61,350 nt of DNA, filler included, from Hausera hauseri (GCA_046269625.1; 10 parts of 10 records of this genome joined end to end with filler, not necessarily neighbours in it), one strand, 5' to 3'. Positions 11,334 to 23,655 are shown, counted from the first letter of the whole stretch. A program made the numbers and translations. Notes: generated by a model not told the origin, from the letters alone.

Positions 11334-13906
11334 GTGAGCTTATATCAAACAGATATCTATAGAAAACCGTTCAGCCCTGAAGATCCTTATGAAGGAGCAA
11401 AACATTACGGTATATTACGTAAAATGCAAGAAACGAAAAGAACATTTGCTCCATATCGCCGTTCAGCAGTCGACGACCATGGAATAATCTATTCACCAAG
11501 AGTACCTAGGCCAAACGAAATACGAACCACATTCTCACAAGACCATGAGACGCAGAGTTTCAGGAACCAAAAAATACAACCTCTAGCTAGGAGGCAGGAA
11601 ACGGAAAACGTTAGTTGCACGAACAATGAACTGTACTCAAATAGAGAGCTAAGACAGTTAATCGACCAGCCAGTAGCGACCAATGAAGTTAGAATTAATG
11701 GCTATAAGGTGTCAACGATTCAACAACCAAAGAGAGTGCCAAATTACTATGGTGCGATAATCGAAAATAGACCCTTCTCGAGAATTCAGTTAAAAGATTG
11801 GGAAGTTTGCGCATTGATAGACACTGGATCCGAAATATCACTGATAAAAAATGATTCAATACCGCAGTTCCTACGAAAGCAAGTATACCTACCTTCAAGA
11901 ACAGAACCAGGAAGCATTGGAGCTTTTGGACAGTCATCCAAAAGCAAATTCCGATTGAGGCCAGAAATTTACATAATGGGGCAATCATTTCATCACGAAT
12001 ATTCAGTAATGGAGCAGTTAACAGATGATGTAGTTTAAGGATGCGATCTGTTGAGGCAATTACCTAATGTAGCAATAGACTTCCATGCAGGAAAATTAAT
12101 AGAGCTCGGTCCGACAAAAGGAATTAAAACCACCAAAGATAGTCAATTTGGAGAGGCATGGATTCAAGTGGACGAGAACATTCCACCTAAAACCGAGGTA
12201 TTAATATATGCTCAGGTACGTCAAGACGACGACCAACCAGTGTATTTTGAACCAAAGGACATATTAACAAGCAATGTATTAACAAGAGTATCGACGGGCT
12301 ATGTGCCCATCAGAATAGCTAATAATGCACCAACTCCGATCAAACTGTATGCCAATACCACTTTTAGTCATACGTAGAGAGTATCGTCAATAACTATTGA
12401 AGAAAAACCTTACAGGTGTGCCAAATTCCTACCTCACGTCGAAACTAAATTTTCGCCAGAAGCATACTGTCGATTCTACGAATTACTCTGTCGTTATAGC
12501 TCAATCATCGCGAGAGACGAAGAATACATTGGCAGAGCCAAAGCCTTGAGACTAACAATTCCATTTAAGAAAAAGCCTGGCTCCAACGATGAAATAGACT
12601 TAGAGTATCAAAAGATGCCGAAATGGTATCCTCCTCCGCACTCTTTAAGGCCAGAGATAACAAAAGATGTCGAACGTATGTTAAGGGCCGACATATTTAG
12701 ACCAAGCTATAGACCTTGGTACTCACTTATACTCATGGTCAAGAAGAAAGGTACTACAAAGCATCGATTTTGTATCGATTATCGAGAGTTAAACACACTT
12801 ATGATAAAAGATTCCTTCACTTTACTGTCAGTAAAAGAAGCCCTAGATAGACTTTCCGGAGCTAAATGGTTTACCACACTCGATCTACAATCCGGATATT
12901 GGCAAGTACAAATAGACGAAGAAGGCCGCTACAAAACTGCTTTAAAAACGTACGACGAAGTGTATGAATTTAATGTCGTGCCTTTCGGGATAACCACCGG
13001 GCCAGCCATCTTTAGCCGAATGATGAACAAAATGCCGATGGGACTGGAACACGCCTTTGCGTACCTGGACGACGTGATGATTGCATCAAAAACGGAAGAA
13101 GAACACTTAAATGATATTGAAGACACGCTCATGACAGTACAGCAAGCTGGGTTGAAATTAAACCCCAAGAAATGTAAATGGGCTCAAAACGCTGTATTTT
13201 ATCTCGGGCATATAGTTGGAGAAGGAGGATCGAAACCTGATAAATCTTTGCTAAGTAAGATATCAAATTATATCGAACCCCAGAATCAAAAGGAGTTGAG
13301 ACACTGGTTAGGTTTATGTTGGTATTATGCCACTTATGTACCAGATAATTCAAAAATAAATGTGCTCTTGTATTGCTTACTTAAAAAGGAATTAAATGGA
13401 AATGGACAGACGTCGAACAGAAGGCTTTTGACGAAATGAAGAAAATCTTAAGTCGCGAACCAGTTTTAAGATACCTTGATTTTAACCTACCGTTTATAAA
13501 TAAAACGGATGCCAGTAAAGAAGGCATTGGATATGAGTTAGCACAGAAACGAGAGAATGAAGGTCTAGAACACCCAATCGCATACGGAGGACGGTCACTA
13601 AAGAAGGATGAAAAGAATTACTCGGTCACGGAATTAGAAACGTTAGCTGTAAAAGAAACTCTACGACACTTTAATGTATGCGCCTACGGACAGAAGATTA
13701 TAATTGTTACGGATCACAAAGCGGTTACAACTTTGAAAAGTGGAGCAAATAACCAAACATGTAGACTCAACAGATGGATTGTAGAGATCTCACGATATAA
13801 CATTGAATTTCAATACAAACTTGGAAGCAAGCATGTCGATGCCGATGCATTATCAAGGCTTAAAATCAAAACAAGTGCAATTGCGGTAATGAGAAAAGCT
13901 AAGCTC
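11334..13906 (+). pseudogene. pol: Pol: aspartic protease, RT, RNase H (Ty3/Gypsy)
   Basis: CALIDTGSEISLI; RFCIDYRELN; LDLQSGYWQV; VPFGI; YLDD; KTDASKEGIG; YSVTELETLAV; TDHK; ADALSR. Confidence 0.95.
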
Positions 13907-14006
13907 NNNNNNNNNNNNNNNNNNNNNNNNNNNNNNNNNNNNNNNNNNNNTTAATTAATTAANNNNNNNNNNNNNNNNNNNNNNNNNNNNNNNNNNNNNN
14001 NNNNNN
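13907..14006. other. Artificial contig linker
   Basis: N44-TTAATTAATTAA-N44. Confidence 0.99.
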
Positions 14007-15046
14007 CGATATGCCATTGTTGACATCTTTGTTCAATAAACCCATGTTGCTCACAATAGATTGCATATATATTCCAACATTATCGCTGGTTTCGAAATCC
14101 TGCTTGTATGTCTCAACAAAATCCGTATTCTTATCAAAACTGATATAATTCACATTGCTATGGGTAAACGTTTATGAATCGGTAGTATAACTGCCCGTTT
14201 TTTGAGTAGTCGTTTGAAATATAACGAGCACAAATTTTGGCAATCGCATGTCACCAAACTGCACAGCTTTGTAAAACGTAGTTGAACCTTTGGATACGGT
14301 GTAAAACACGAGTTCTGTGCATTGTATTGGGTAACAGGCATTTTGTGTTTCCAAGCCCAATCGATGTCCCATGAGCACAGATGGTTCTACCTTTACACGA
14401 CATAGGTATAAGCGTGCCTCGGTAATTTTCAGTATGAGTTTGAGATTTGCAACTGCGGTTTTCAAACAAAAGACATTGTCGCTGCGTTTGGGCCGAATCA
14501 TGGCTTTAACACCGGGCAGTAAGTATTTCGGCGGATCAAAAAAGTCAAAGTACAGCGGTACACACATGGTAAGCGCTTTTGATTCAGCCACCTATGCCTG
14601 ACATTTTGCTGCAGTGGCGTCATATTCGATGGTTTTCGTCAAATGAGTCGTTTTCGTGTCAGCACTGTAATTCAGAGCTGTTTTAATAAATGCTTTGATA
14701 CTGTATATACTTGTATTGCCTTCGATTTTGACAGTTTAGAGTCAGTGAAGCCTCCATTTAGTGTGAGGAAAAGGTAATTGGCCGGTGTGACAGTGTCTGT
14801 TGAGGCGAGAACCGTTGATGCATCCTTTTTAACAATGACTTTTACATAGAGTAGCGTATCGTTGAAATCCAGGTATTCATTGTCCGATGCCACAATGCTG
14901 AACTGAATGTCAATGTTATCGTCAGTTGAAAACGAATCAAAGGGGTAGATTTCTTCAAATGTTGCATTGTCCATAACAACGTGTGGTGCGGCTTTGTCGA
15001 ATATACACAATTCAGATTTTTCAGATTGCATTTGTCTATCAATCAA
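14007..15046 (-). pseudogene. Polinton major capsid protein (double jelly-roll), truncated at contig edge
   Basis: KSELCIF..FEEIYP..IQFSI..EYLDFNDTLLYVKV; KYLLPGV..KRSDNVFCL; ARLYLCRVKVEPSV..ACYPI; LPKFVLV. Confidence 0.85.
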
Positions 15047-15059
15047 TCAATCGAAAATC

Positions 15060-15400
15060 GTACGACAACGACGTTTCTTTATAGTTGAAAAGCTAACTGA
15101 TCTACCACGTTTTCTCAAGCCACTACAAGCGAATTGTTTTTTGACTGATTCATTGATTCCCGGTGCAGGCTTTTTATTTCTGACAAGGTGTGTTCCTTCA
15201 ATGATTGTAAAATCGATTTGTTTTCATATAGTACATCCTATGCTGTTTTTGTTGCCACGGCTTCGATACGCTTCAACACCGAAAATGCTAAACGTGCCAG
15301 CGTACGCAACCATCCAGAGCTATACTGCTTACCAACGAAATACGGCAGTTTACCTCCTTGCTGGGGTTTACTGTAAATGGAAACGATTTCAGAATCAATT
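15060..15400 (-). pseudogene. Polinton core/PM-like small protein
   Basis: Manual translation PQQGGKLPYFVGKQYSSGWLRTLARLAFSVLKR, a QxGG motif plus amphipathic helix, at the usual position before the major capsid gene. Confidence 0.7.
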
Positions 15401-15403
15401 GTT

Positions 15404-16484
15404 TTATTGGATTCGATGGAAATGAAGAGTTAGAGAGGTTGTGGTACCGTACGGAAATTCAATAAGGTAGCCCTCGTCACATCGGATATTCACTTCAACA
15501 TTGTTTATAGACGTAGATGCCACAGGTAGGTACATTGGATTATCGAGCTTGACAGTGACATTGTCACCGGCAGTATACTTGCTGATTTCCGGATAAATTG
15601 CACGGAGTAGCGGTACACGTACTCCACCGACCAAAATCGGTTCGGTGACATTAACGTAAATGTACATTTGACTTAGTCCCGTTTTCAGTTGGGGTTTAAG
15701 TGTTGCAATATTTGCCACCTCCGCCCCTCTTTTCGTATATGATGTCTCAAACCGCTGTTTTTCAAAACCCAATAGCATGGCCAAAGCTTTGTCCAATGAA
15801 ATATCGACAATATTCTTTTTCAGTTCAAATTTAATGTACCCATTTTTATCTTACTCGAAAATTTTAAATATTGCCTTGTACTTTTTATTAGAAGAAAAGT
15901 GTTGACAGAGCTGTGATACAGATTTGCAATAGACATTGTCTTCACTCGATACGTATGACGTTGACACCCGCCCTGTTGTATAGGTAAATTTCACCGTTGT
16001 CTGGTAATATACGGGACTTAATCTTGGAGCAGTACATTTTCACTTTTAATATGATTGCCTTTGTACTCTGTATTTAAGAATTCAAATTTCTGTGCCATCT
16101 TAGCGGACAGAAAGGTAACAGTAAATTCCAAATCTGCCCTAAAAACTAAGTTTTCCCCTAAAATATAAATACCGATTTTGCCGTATGAACCGGAACCTGT
16201 TTCTGTAGTGTAAATGACCGATTCTCCAACCATTATTTTATTGTTAGTAAGTGTCAGAGGACAAGAATGTGTTTTGGTTTTAATAACAGTTTTTTGTACG
16301 TTATTTTCATACTACTTTTCAATGTCACCGGTGCGTAGAGAAAGTTAAATTCCGTCAGTGCAACCTCCCATTGTCCAGCAGATAAATTCAAAGAATTGTT
16401 CCAATTTACAACGTATTCACTAGCGGAATTGTTCGGACGAGTCGTCGGGCAACTGTTGCTGGGCAACACAATGTAAATACTCAT
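15404..16484 (-). pseudogene. Polinton minor capsid protein (penton), copy 2
   Basis: N-terminus MSIYIVLPSNS..PNN..QWEVALTEF; C-terminus MYIYVNVTEPILVGGVRVPLLR..PMYLPV..LTLHFHR. Confidence 0.85.
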
Positions 16485-16520
16485 GATCTCGATGGTGATG
16501 ATAATGATGCAGTTTGTTTA

Positions 16521-17591
16521 TTATCGACGTTGACGACGTCGAAAGTGTAACGTTAAATGTGTTGCTGACCCGAACAGAAATTTAATGGGTTCCCAAAATT
16601 CATCAAACATATACACGAAAATACTGTGCACAATATTGTGAGATAATGATAAGTACATGGGTCTTAACATAATAACGCGAACAGTTTCACCCGATGATGC
16701 TGATTTGTACGTGTCAGAATCCAGTTCGATAGAAGCCAGCAGTTGTTTACGTTCTCCACCAACAAGTACGGATTCGGTTAAGTCCGTTAAAATGTTGATT
16801 CGGTGAAATGCTCCATAGAGTTGTGGCTTGTATTTGCCAACAATAGATCATCCAACAATGTTTTTATAGAATTCACGTTGTGAAAAACCCAGATTCCGGG
16901 CCAATAATTCATCAAATACAAAATATGTAACATTGTTATGGCATGTAATCGAAATATGACCATCTGCGTTTATTTCACATGTCTTTACGGCTAACGTAGC
17001 CGTTTACTTGATGTATTCTCACAATTCCAGCTCCGTTTTTATTAGTAAATTGTGTGGTATAATACATGAGTGGAAAACTCATTCTGACGTAGTTCACATT
17101 ACTATAATATCAGATTCCTCATCGGATGAAAGGTCCAATTTTTCACCAATTATAACATGTTTACCTAACCTAGACGTTTTGATTGTACATTGACTGATAG
17201 AAAACCCCATGCCTAAGCATCAACTATAGAATTAAATTACATTTCCATGGGATTTCGATGTATTAGTTCCATACAATAGTTTGAAAAATAAGCATAAACC
17301 GAAAAATTTTCTCGCGAATAATTGCAAAGAATATCGGTTATTGTGTCGGATTGTCCGCAAAAGACTTAAAATCTGGTACGTTTCTTGTCGGGTAAAGTAA
17401 ATACCACTGGTCTGACGTACTGTCATTGGTAAAAATGTAAACATAAATTCCGTCAAAGCCACTTCCCAGGCTCCATGGCCTAAATCGACCGGTTGGTTCA
17501 AGTGCACGGTAAACAGTTTAGCGGTATTGTCGTAGTCGTCGTCATGTTATGATAATGATCTGTTACTATCAAATACCAAATAAATGCTCAT
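16521..17591 (-). pseudogene. Polinton minor capsid protein (penton), copy 1
   Basis: MSIYLVFDSN..NTAKLFTVHLNQPVDLGHGAWEVALTEF; C-terminus (manual) ILTDLTESVLVGGERKQLL..RPMYLSL..LTLHFRRR*. Confidence 0.8.
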
Positions 17592-18725
17592 CACTCATCT
17601 GCGATGCAAAAATCCAACACGGTGTAGTGTATGCGTGCCACTTGACGAGACATAGTTTATTCGAACCTTTGCCATGTGAACGTAGAATTTCCTGAATATG
17701 ATACACATCAAATTTTTCCGGTATTACTTGCAGTTCCTGTTCATAAAATTCGCCATGTATTTTGTCACCATTTTAATCTTCTAAAACGTACATAACCGGA
17801 CTTTGTTTTGTGTTGATTGCTGAAATTCGGAAAACCTCATCGCTCCAGTTCTGATTGAAATTTCTAATGAATGGTGTCATACTCAACTTCGAAATACGTA
17901 CGTAATCACCGATTTTATATTTTTGGTGACGATTAATTGTCTCTCGTCCTCGTCAATTGTTTTGATAAAATCACATATCCAAATCATCGATTACGTTAAC
18001 CGGCCGTAATCCATTGATGCCACGATGTGTCGAATGATTGTATGCATGAATAATATCTGGCAGTACATTTACCTAGCGCTTGTTGCCTTGCTTCGTAAAG
18101 ATTTTGTTTATGCGACCGTGCAATGTTCGATTAAATTGTTCAATGAGTGCCGCTTTGCATTACAAAAACAACGAGTAAAGGTTTACGCCGAACCGTTTCA
18201 AGACCGCGACAATGTGAGCGTTGTAGTATTCCTTACCCAAATCCGTTTGTAAATTATTCGGTGGCTGTTGTTGTTGTTTTTGTTCGAACAGTGTCTGAAC
18301 AGCGTCGGCAATCTCTTTAGCGAATTTAGATTTCACGGCAACTGCACGTGCAAAGCGACGCATGTCAGTACGTACCGATATTCATCGTTGATGCTGGCAT
18401 ACGAAATCATTTTCATCAGATCCATTTGCCATACTTTATTTACACCGGAAGCACATTATGCACAAGTTGGAAACCGCCTTCTTATCGGTTTGTTTAGGCT
18501 GTATGCTTACTGTTTCTCGAGCCAACGTTGGGTCCCGTGCCGAATCTGTTTGACAGTCTTTTCCATCTTGTCGACAACAGTATACTCGACGGGGTGACGC
18601 GGATCGAACCACACGTTGCCTATCGTTGCCGTCAATGGTGTTGGTTTTGCTTGCATTACAAGAGTTAGAACGAAACGTAAATGAAAGATTCCGTAAACTG
18701 GGACAGAAAGATGAAAACCATGCAC
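17570..18725 (-). pseudogene. Polinton retroviral-type DDE integrase with C-terminal chromodomain
   Basis: WFDPRHP; WLEKQ*AYSLNKPIRRRF; WQMDL; LQTDLGKEYYN; EQFNRTL; KYKIGDYVRISK; NWSDEVF; FYEQELQ; LVKW..CWI. Confidence 0.88.
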
Positions 18726-18767
18726 CCATATTACCGATTCATCATATACTTACCGTCATTGTTTATA

Positions 18768-19055
18768 CTAAACTGTTCCACCAATGAGTTCATCCAGTAA
18801 TAATGTGACAATCGGTAGAATTGCACCAAAGAATCCACCGTATTCCTGGTACATGACCTTCCGTTTCAGTCGTTTACGACAAGGGTTCGAAAAGCCAATG
18901 AGTCGTTTTCGATACTTTAGTAAATTGCGCTTTCCACTGCCAGTGTCAATGTGATCCACATCGATATTGTACAAATTTTCCATGAAATCGTCTACTACAA
19001 ATTGCGGGAATGATCGCAGTATGTTTCGCTTATGTATTGTAGACGCCTTGAGCAA
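18768..19055 (-). CDS. Conserved Polinton small protein ending in xGG|F plus hydrophobic helix
   Basis: KRKVMYQEYGGFFGAILPIVTLLL, a motif typical of the ORF between ATPase and integrase in Polintons. Confidence 0.65.
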   Translation of the reverse strand: MLKASTIHKRNILRSFPQFVVDDFMENLYNIDVDHIDTGSGKRNLLKYRKRLIGFSNPCRKRLKRKVMYQEYGGFFGAILPIVTLLLDELIGGTV

Positions 19056-19374
19056 ACAATAAAGTACGGCTGACTACGTTTGAATCGCATGTTTCTCGGA
19101 TGTATTGATACTGCTGATGAGATGTAGCAGTTGTTTGTAACCGTTGCCACTGTGACGATAATTTGCATCTAGTTTTGTTGTTGTTCAACGAAGCACAGAA
19201 TTGTTTAATCGCTTGACTGTAGTGGTGGTTCGTTTTGATACACGTTTTTGCCACCGGACACCCGTTTGATATTAGGTTGTTTACGTTTAACAATCGTTTT
19301 TCGGAAATTCTTAATTTTTATCGAAATCATGTCTTTGTCAATTTTCGAATTTGTTTATAGACACATACACCACC

Positions 19375-19619
19375 CTTCTAATGGAAAATATCTGTTCGTG
19401 CACGCATTTCATCGGGATACTCTTGTGTAAAGTCGATGAACAAGTATCCGTGTGGCTCGTTCGTAGCATCATGATATGCATATATCAAGTAGGCTCGGTT
19501 GTGAGGAAATGCTTATCGTGCAACATAATCAATGATAGTCTAATCACGGGGATTTTTGAACAACACCAAATAGTGTACGTTTAGATTTCTTGTTCGATGC
19601 TGTCCGCCCTGATGGAACA
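19375..19619 (-). pseudogene. Polinton packaging ATPase (FtsK/A32-like), C-terminal part
   Basis: Manual translation RTRNLNVHYLVLFKNPRD*..AYHDATNEPHGYLFIDF..RARTDIF. Confidence 0.85.
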
Positions 19620-19719
19620 NNNNNNNNNNNNNNNNNNNNNNNNNNNNNNNNNNNNNNNNNNNNTTAATTAATTAANNNNNNNNNNNNNNNNNNNNNNNNN
19701 NNNNNNNNNNNNNNNNNNN
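19620..19719. other. Artificial contig linker
   Basis: N44-TTAATTAATTAA-N44. Confidence 0.99.
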
Positions 19720-20790
19720 AACAGAATCATGTTATATAATTCAACTAAATCCATTTTCGCGGTGTGATAAACATAATCTATCTTATTATTCGTATATAAA
19801 TACCACTTTATGTCTTTAGTTGGTAGCTTTCATGTATTCGCTAAGGTTTCTTTTGTTACGAATAAGCTCTCATAAGATGTCGAATAAACTGCATTTGACC
19901 CGCAAGTCGATACTGCTCCTTTGCGTGCTAATACTATTCTATCTTTATCACTAGATGACATTAAAACTTTCAAAAAAGTAGTCTGTTTTAAGGTTCGTGG
20001 TGTAGGTAAACTTATATTATGATTATGTACAAACTCTTGCTACTTGTCATCATAATATAAATAGCCTTGTATTTCATACATAGGTACCTGTTTAAGGAAA
20101 GCTAACGGACATATCGTAACTGTTTTTTCCCAGACTAGCGTAGATTCTCCTCATGTACATACTCCATCACAATATGCACCAGATGGTGCGGTTAACATTT
20201 TTCCTGTGATTGCATTAAAATTTACTTTATGTTACTTTATGGTGACGGTAAAATCTTCTATTTCTACTACAGCAGATTCTTTTTGTCTATTTATCATCAT
20301 ACTTTCTCCTTTACAAGCTCCACCGTATCCGAGCCATATTTTTTCGGCTGTAACTATACGTGAATAAACTCGTTTTCCTATACCTACTTGTTCTGTTTGT
20401 TGTAAACCTACGTGGATTGAATCTGTGGCTTTTCTACAATTTTCTGCAGTAATTATTAATTGTCTAGGTAATCCTTGTAGAATAATTGCGGAATTTCATG
20501 AGTTATGACCACAGTTATAAGCAAATACTACTTTATTAACCTGACATTCCTTTACCTGTACTTGTTGATAACTGATTCTTTGATACAAGTTATAATTGTA
20601 AGGGCCTTCCTTTTTTACTGATATCGAACTTGTGTTTTGACATTTACCTATATCTACTAATGAAAGTCTGGCTGTTACTTCTGGTCTAGAGATATCGTAA
20701 GCTTCTAATGCTTTTGTAGTTTTTAAGCTGCTCACTGATATCAAATACAATAACAAATGAATGATTTGCACTACCCATTCTGAAATATTG
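19720..20790 (-). pseudogene. env: Chuvirus G-like envelope glycoprotein, N-terminal half
   Basis: WVVQIIHLLLYLISVSSLKTTKA|LEAYDISRPEVTARLSLVDIGKC..YQRISY..ECQV..YNCGHNS. Continues in one frame through point stops: ENCRKA, GGACKG, STLVW, TCGSNAVYSTSYESLFV, YTNNKIDYVY..LVELYNMIL. Confidence 0.85.
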
Positions 20791-21433
20791 GTATCCTTAG
20801 GGTATATTAATGTAGTGGGGTTAAATTTTTTGAGAATTTCATTCCAACCACTGTTTTTCGTTACCCAATCTTTTGTTAGTTTATCCATGTGATGGGCTAA
20901 ATCTCTTACTATGTGGTGTAACTTAGCATCGACCTCTGTTTGATTTTTAAAACTAACCACTATGCAGCCTAACGCCATCAGCAATCGGTTTTAATCATAA
21001 TGATTTAATAGTCGTGTCAATGCTTTATTCAAACCTCCTCTCAGTTTATATTTCTGTAGTAACCTAGTGATTTGCGACGAAAATTTCTAGCGGTTTCTAT
21101 TACAGACTGTAACGGAATTGTCGTAATTGCTGGTATTTTCTTAAGCTGCTTTGGATTTGCTTTCTTGATTAACTGTTTCAGAAGTTCATGAGTTGTCAGT
21201 GTTACTTTTGGTACATTTATTTCACTTTGTTTTGAAGTTCCCGAGATTAGACTTTGTATTGGCTCATTCTCATTGTCACTAATGGTGAATCGTTGAAAAT
21301 TGTCATATAATATATCTTCCAATGTTTCCCGTTGTTCCCTACATCTTCGTGACAGTGGCCTTTTCTTTCTTTGCCTTTCTGGCTTTTCCTTTTCTGGATT
21401 TTCTTCATCATCACTTATTGGGTTAAAGTCACA

Positions 21434-21700
21434 TTTTCGCGGTCTCCCTCCTTTTTTCATGGTGCCAATTTCCATAGTGATCTGATAAGTCTTTCCGGTA
21501 AGGAGCCCATAATCTACAACATAATCACTGTCAACGGCTAATCTGCCATAAACATCGGTTTTCACTATTATATTGGTCTCTAGTTCTAATTCGTCCAGTA
21601 CTTTTTTTCGAAGATCTGTGAATTTAGTAAACATTCCCGCTGTTACCTCGGTTACTTGTTTCCGCTTACTGATTCTAATTTCTATATTTATAATATATGG
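21434..21700 (-). pseudogene. Ubiquitin-like domain followed by KKGG-RPRK
   Basis: INIEIRISKRKQVTEVTAGMFTKFTDLRKKVLDELELETNIIVKTDVYGRLAVDSDYVVDYGLLTGKTYQITM aligns in register with ubiquitin (G47, D52, D58-Y59, T66 equivalents). Confidence 0.65.
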
Positions 21701-22499
21701 TTGTTTTCTTCAGTGTTTTCGTCTTAAATCTCTTCCCAGAGTTTTTAATAACTTTCTTGAGGCTGAAAAACAGAATGCATCATCTCTCGTTAGTGGTAAG
21801 AGTGATGGTGCACATTCTATTCGACTAGCTAATGGTAGTAACTCGTATTGCCGTAAAGCATTCCATACTTCGTTAGGTGCTGAATCACCCATTTGTAATT
21901 TAGCTTTAATTACTTCATTTGTTGATTCTAAAGGTTCACCGTGTACTATAGAACCTGGTGGAATATTTACTTCTGGAATAATCTTTGGGTTTTCAATTGG
22001 TTGCAGCATGGTATCAGGGTACTAAATCAGATCCGGTATAGGTGTGAGTTCATCATCTTCTAGGATTTCAAATATTTCATAATCATCGACTACTTGCGGT
22101 TCCTTTTTGGATGTACTTGGTTGTAATGAATCCCAAATATTCTCGAAAAAAGTTGGTTGTTGGGTTGGAACCTTTGCTTGTGAAAGTGGTGTAACTAGTC
22201 TATCGTTATAAGGTTCTATCCATTCTCCCGTTGGTTTTATTCTGGTGGGTTCATGTGAATATTCGTCAGAATCCATATGTGGATGCCTTTACGCTATTGG
22301 CCCAATTGACGGAATTGTTCTTGCTTCCTTAGTTTTATCAAGTTTTTGTATTATTGGGAAGGCTATTCGTAATGTTTTCTGGCTTTCTATTATCCACTGT
22401 ATATTATATTCTACGCTCACAGTCTTTAGGTATTCATCTAGGCATCTTTATGCCGTAATTTCCGAATTATGACCGTGGTATAGGTCTAAACATTTGTAG

Positions 22500-23655
22500 C
22501 TTCTGTTGGTCTGTTTCAAATCATAGATAGCTGTTAGATTTTTTGAATTTATTCTCAATATATTTAGTAGCTCTGTCAACTAGCGTCCAATGATTACTTT
22601 TCCTGGTAAATATCTATTCATAAATTCACTTACCGACTCTTGTTGTTGTGGATAAGACCGTCTGCTATATTCAGTGTACTTAGTAGTATCTGGTATATTT
22701 GGATATACATGAATATTGAGGATTGTTTTTTCTTCTAGATTCTTGACAGTGACCTGAATAAGTCCCTTTTAATCTCCTTTGGTTATTCATCTACCGGTAA
22801 GAATTATTTCTCTGTTTTGTGTTACTGGTTCATCCACGGTTAACACAGGCGTTTTCTTAAGCAACTGTATTAAATATATCGGACAGTTATGCAAAGGTTG
22901 AATTTGATAATCTCCTTCGTAGGGATAATTAGGGATTATCTTAGTTTCTTTGTAAACTATTACCGTCTTATTGTTGATTTGTAACCGGGCTTCTCCTTGA
23001 TTAGTAATTATAGCACATGGCGCGTCATTTCTTTTAACCTGAATATCAGTCCTTTTTAAATAAATTTTATCAATACCTTCCATACCGATTGATCCTTGTT
23101 CGGCAATATCTGCGAATTTTATTCGGTTGGATTTCTTATCAGCGAATATTTTATCCCAATTCTGTATTATATTTACATCCATACGCTGTAATGCCGCTTC
23201 TGGGATCAGAGTAGTATTATATGTCATCTCTTGTTGAGGGTGTTTATCATCCTTGAATATAGGTCTGCTTGGAAAAATATAATATGGAGATCCCTGACAG
23301 TTAAGTTTAATTTTATATTCTTGTCGTAAGTTGGTTACTTAATTGTAGTAAAGTACTTCGTCTTTCCCATTCATTGTATGGTAGGTTGAAATTCTGATCT
23401 GCACTAAACGTACCAAAGACATCTGTTTCCTTTAATTGTACTTGTTTAAATAACCATGGCAATTCTATTCCAACAATAAGTTTTCTAGAGAGTAGCTGTT
23501 TAAGGTTTTCGTAGCATTTTTCTTTTTCCAGACATACGTTTTCTGATTCAATTATCAACTCACCTTCAATATTCTCTATTCTTATTCGATTAACTTCTGG
23601 TTCCTGTTTATTATTAATAGTCTTGTCCGCGGTACAAAGATTAAAAGCAAATTTT
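22500..23655 (-). pseudogene. Two degenerate DEDDh (REX4/ISG20-like) exonuclease-fold domains separated by a linker
   Basis: FAFNLC..VNRIRIENIEGELII..LKQLLSRKLIVGIEL (23655-23390) and GLIQVTVKNLEEKTILNIHVYP..TKYTEYS..EFMNRYLPGKVIIGR*L..LNILRI..AIYDL (22820-22500). Confidence 0.5.

Larger units (their letters stand above)
5139..13906 (+). mobile_element. Element B: Ty3/Gypsy LTR retrotransposon with gag-(Ubl)-env-PR-RT-RH order, decayed, truncated before integrase
   Basis: LTR end ...CTAACA (5160), PBS, gag with CCHC knuckle, glycoprotein, protease DTG, RT YLDD and RNase H TDAS, all collinear on the + strand. Confidence 0.92.
14007..19619 (-). mobile_element. Polinton/Maverick (adintovirus-like) internal fragment, decayed
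   Basis: Collinear packaging ATPase, small conserved ORF, integrase-chromodomain, two minor capsid genes, core protein and major capsid protein. Confidence 0.92.

Noticed and set aside
5450-13906. Alternative genetic code or programmed readthrough as the cause of in-frame stops
   Set aside because: All three stop types occur together with frameshifts and missense damage in conserved motifs, which fits neutral decay.
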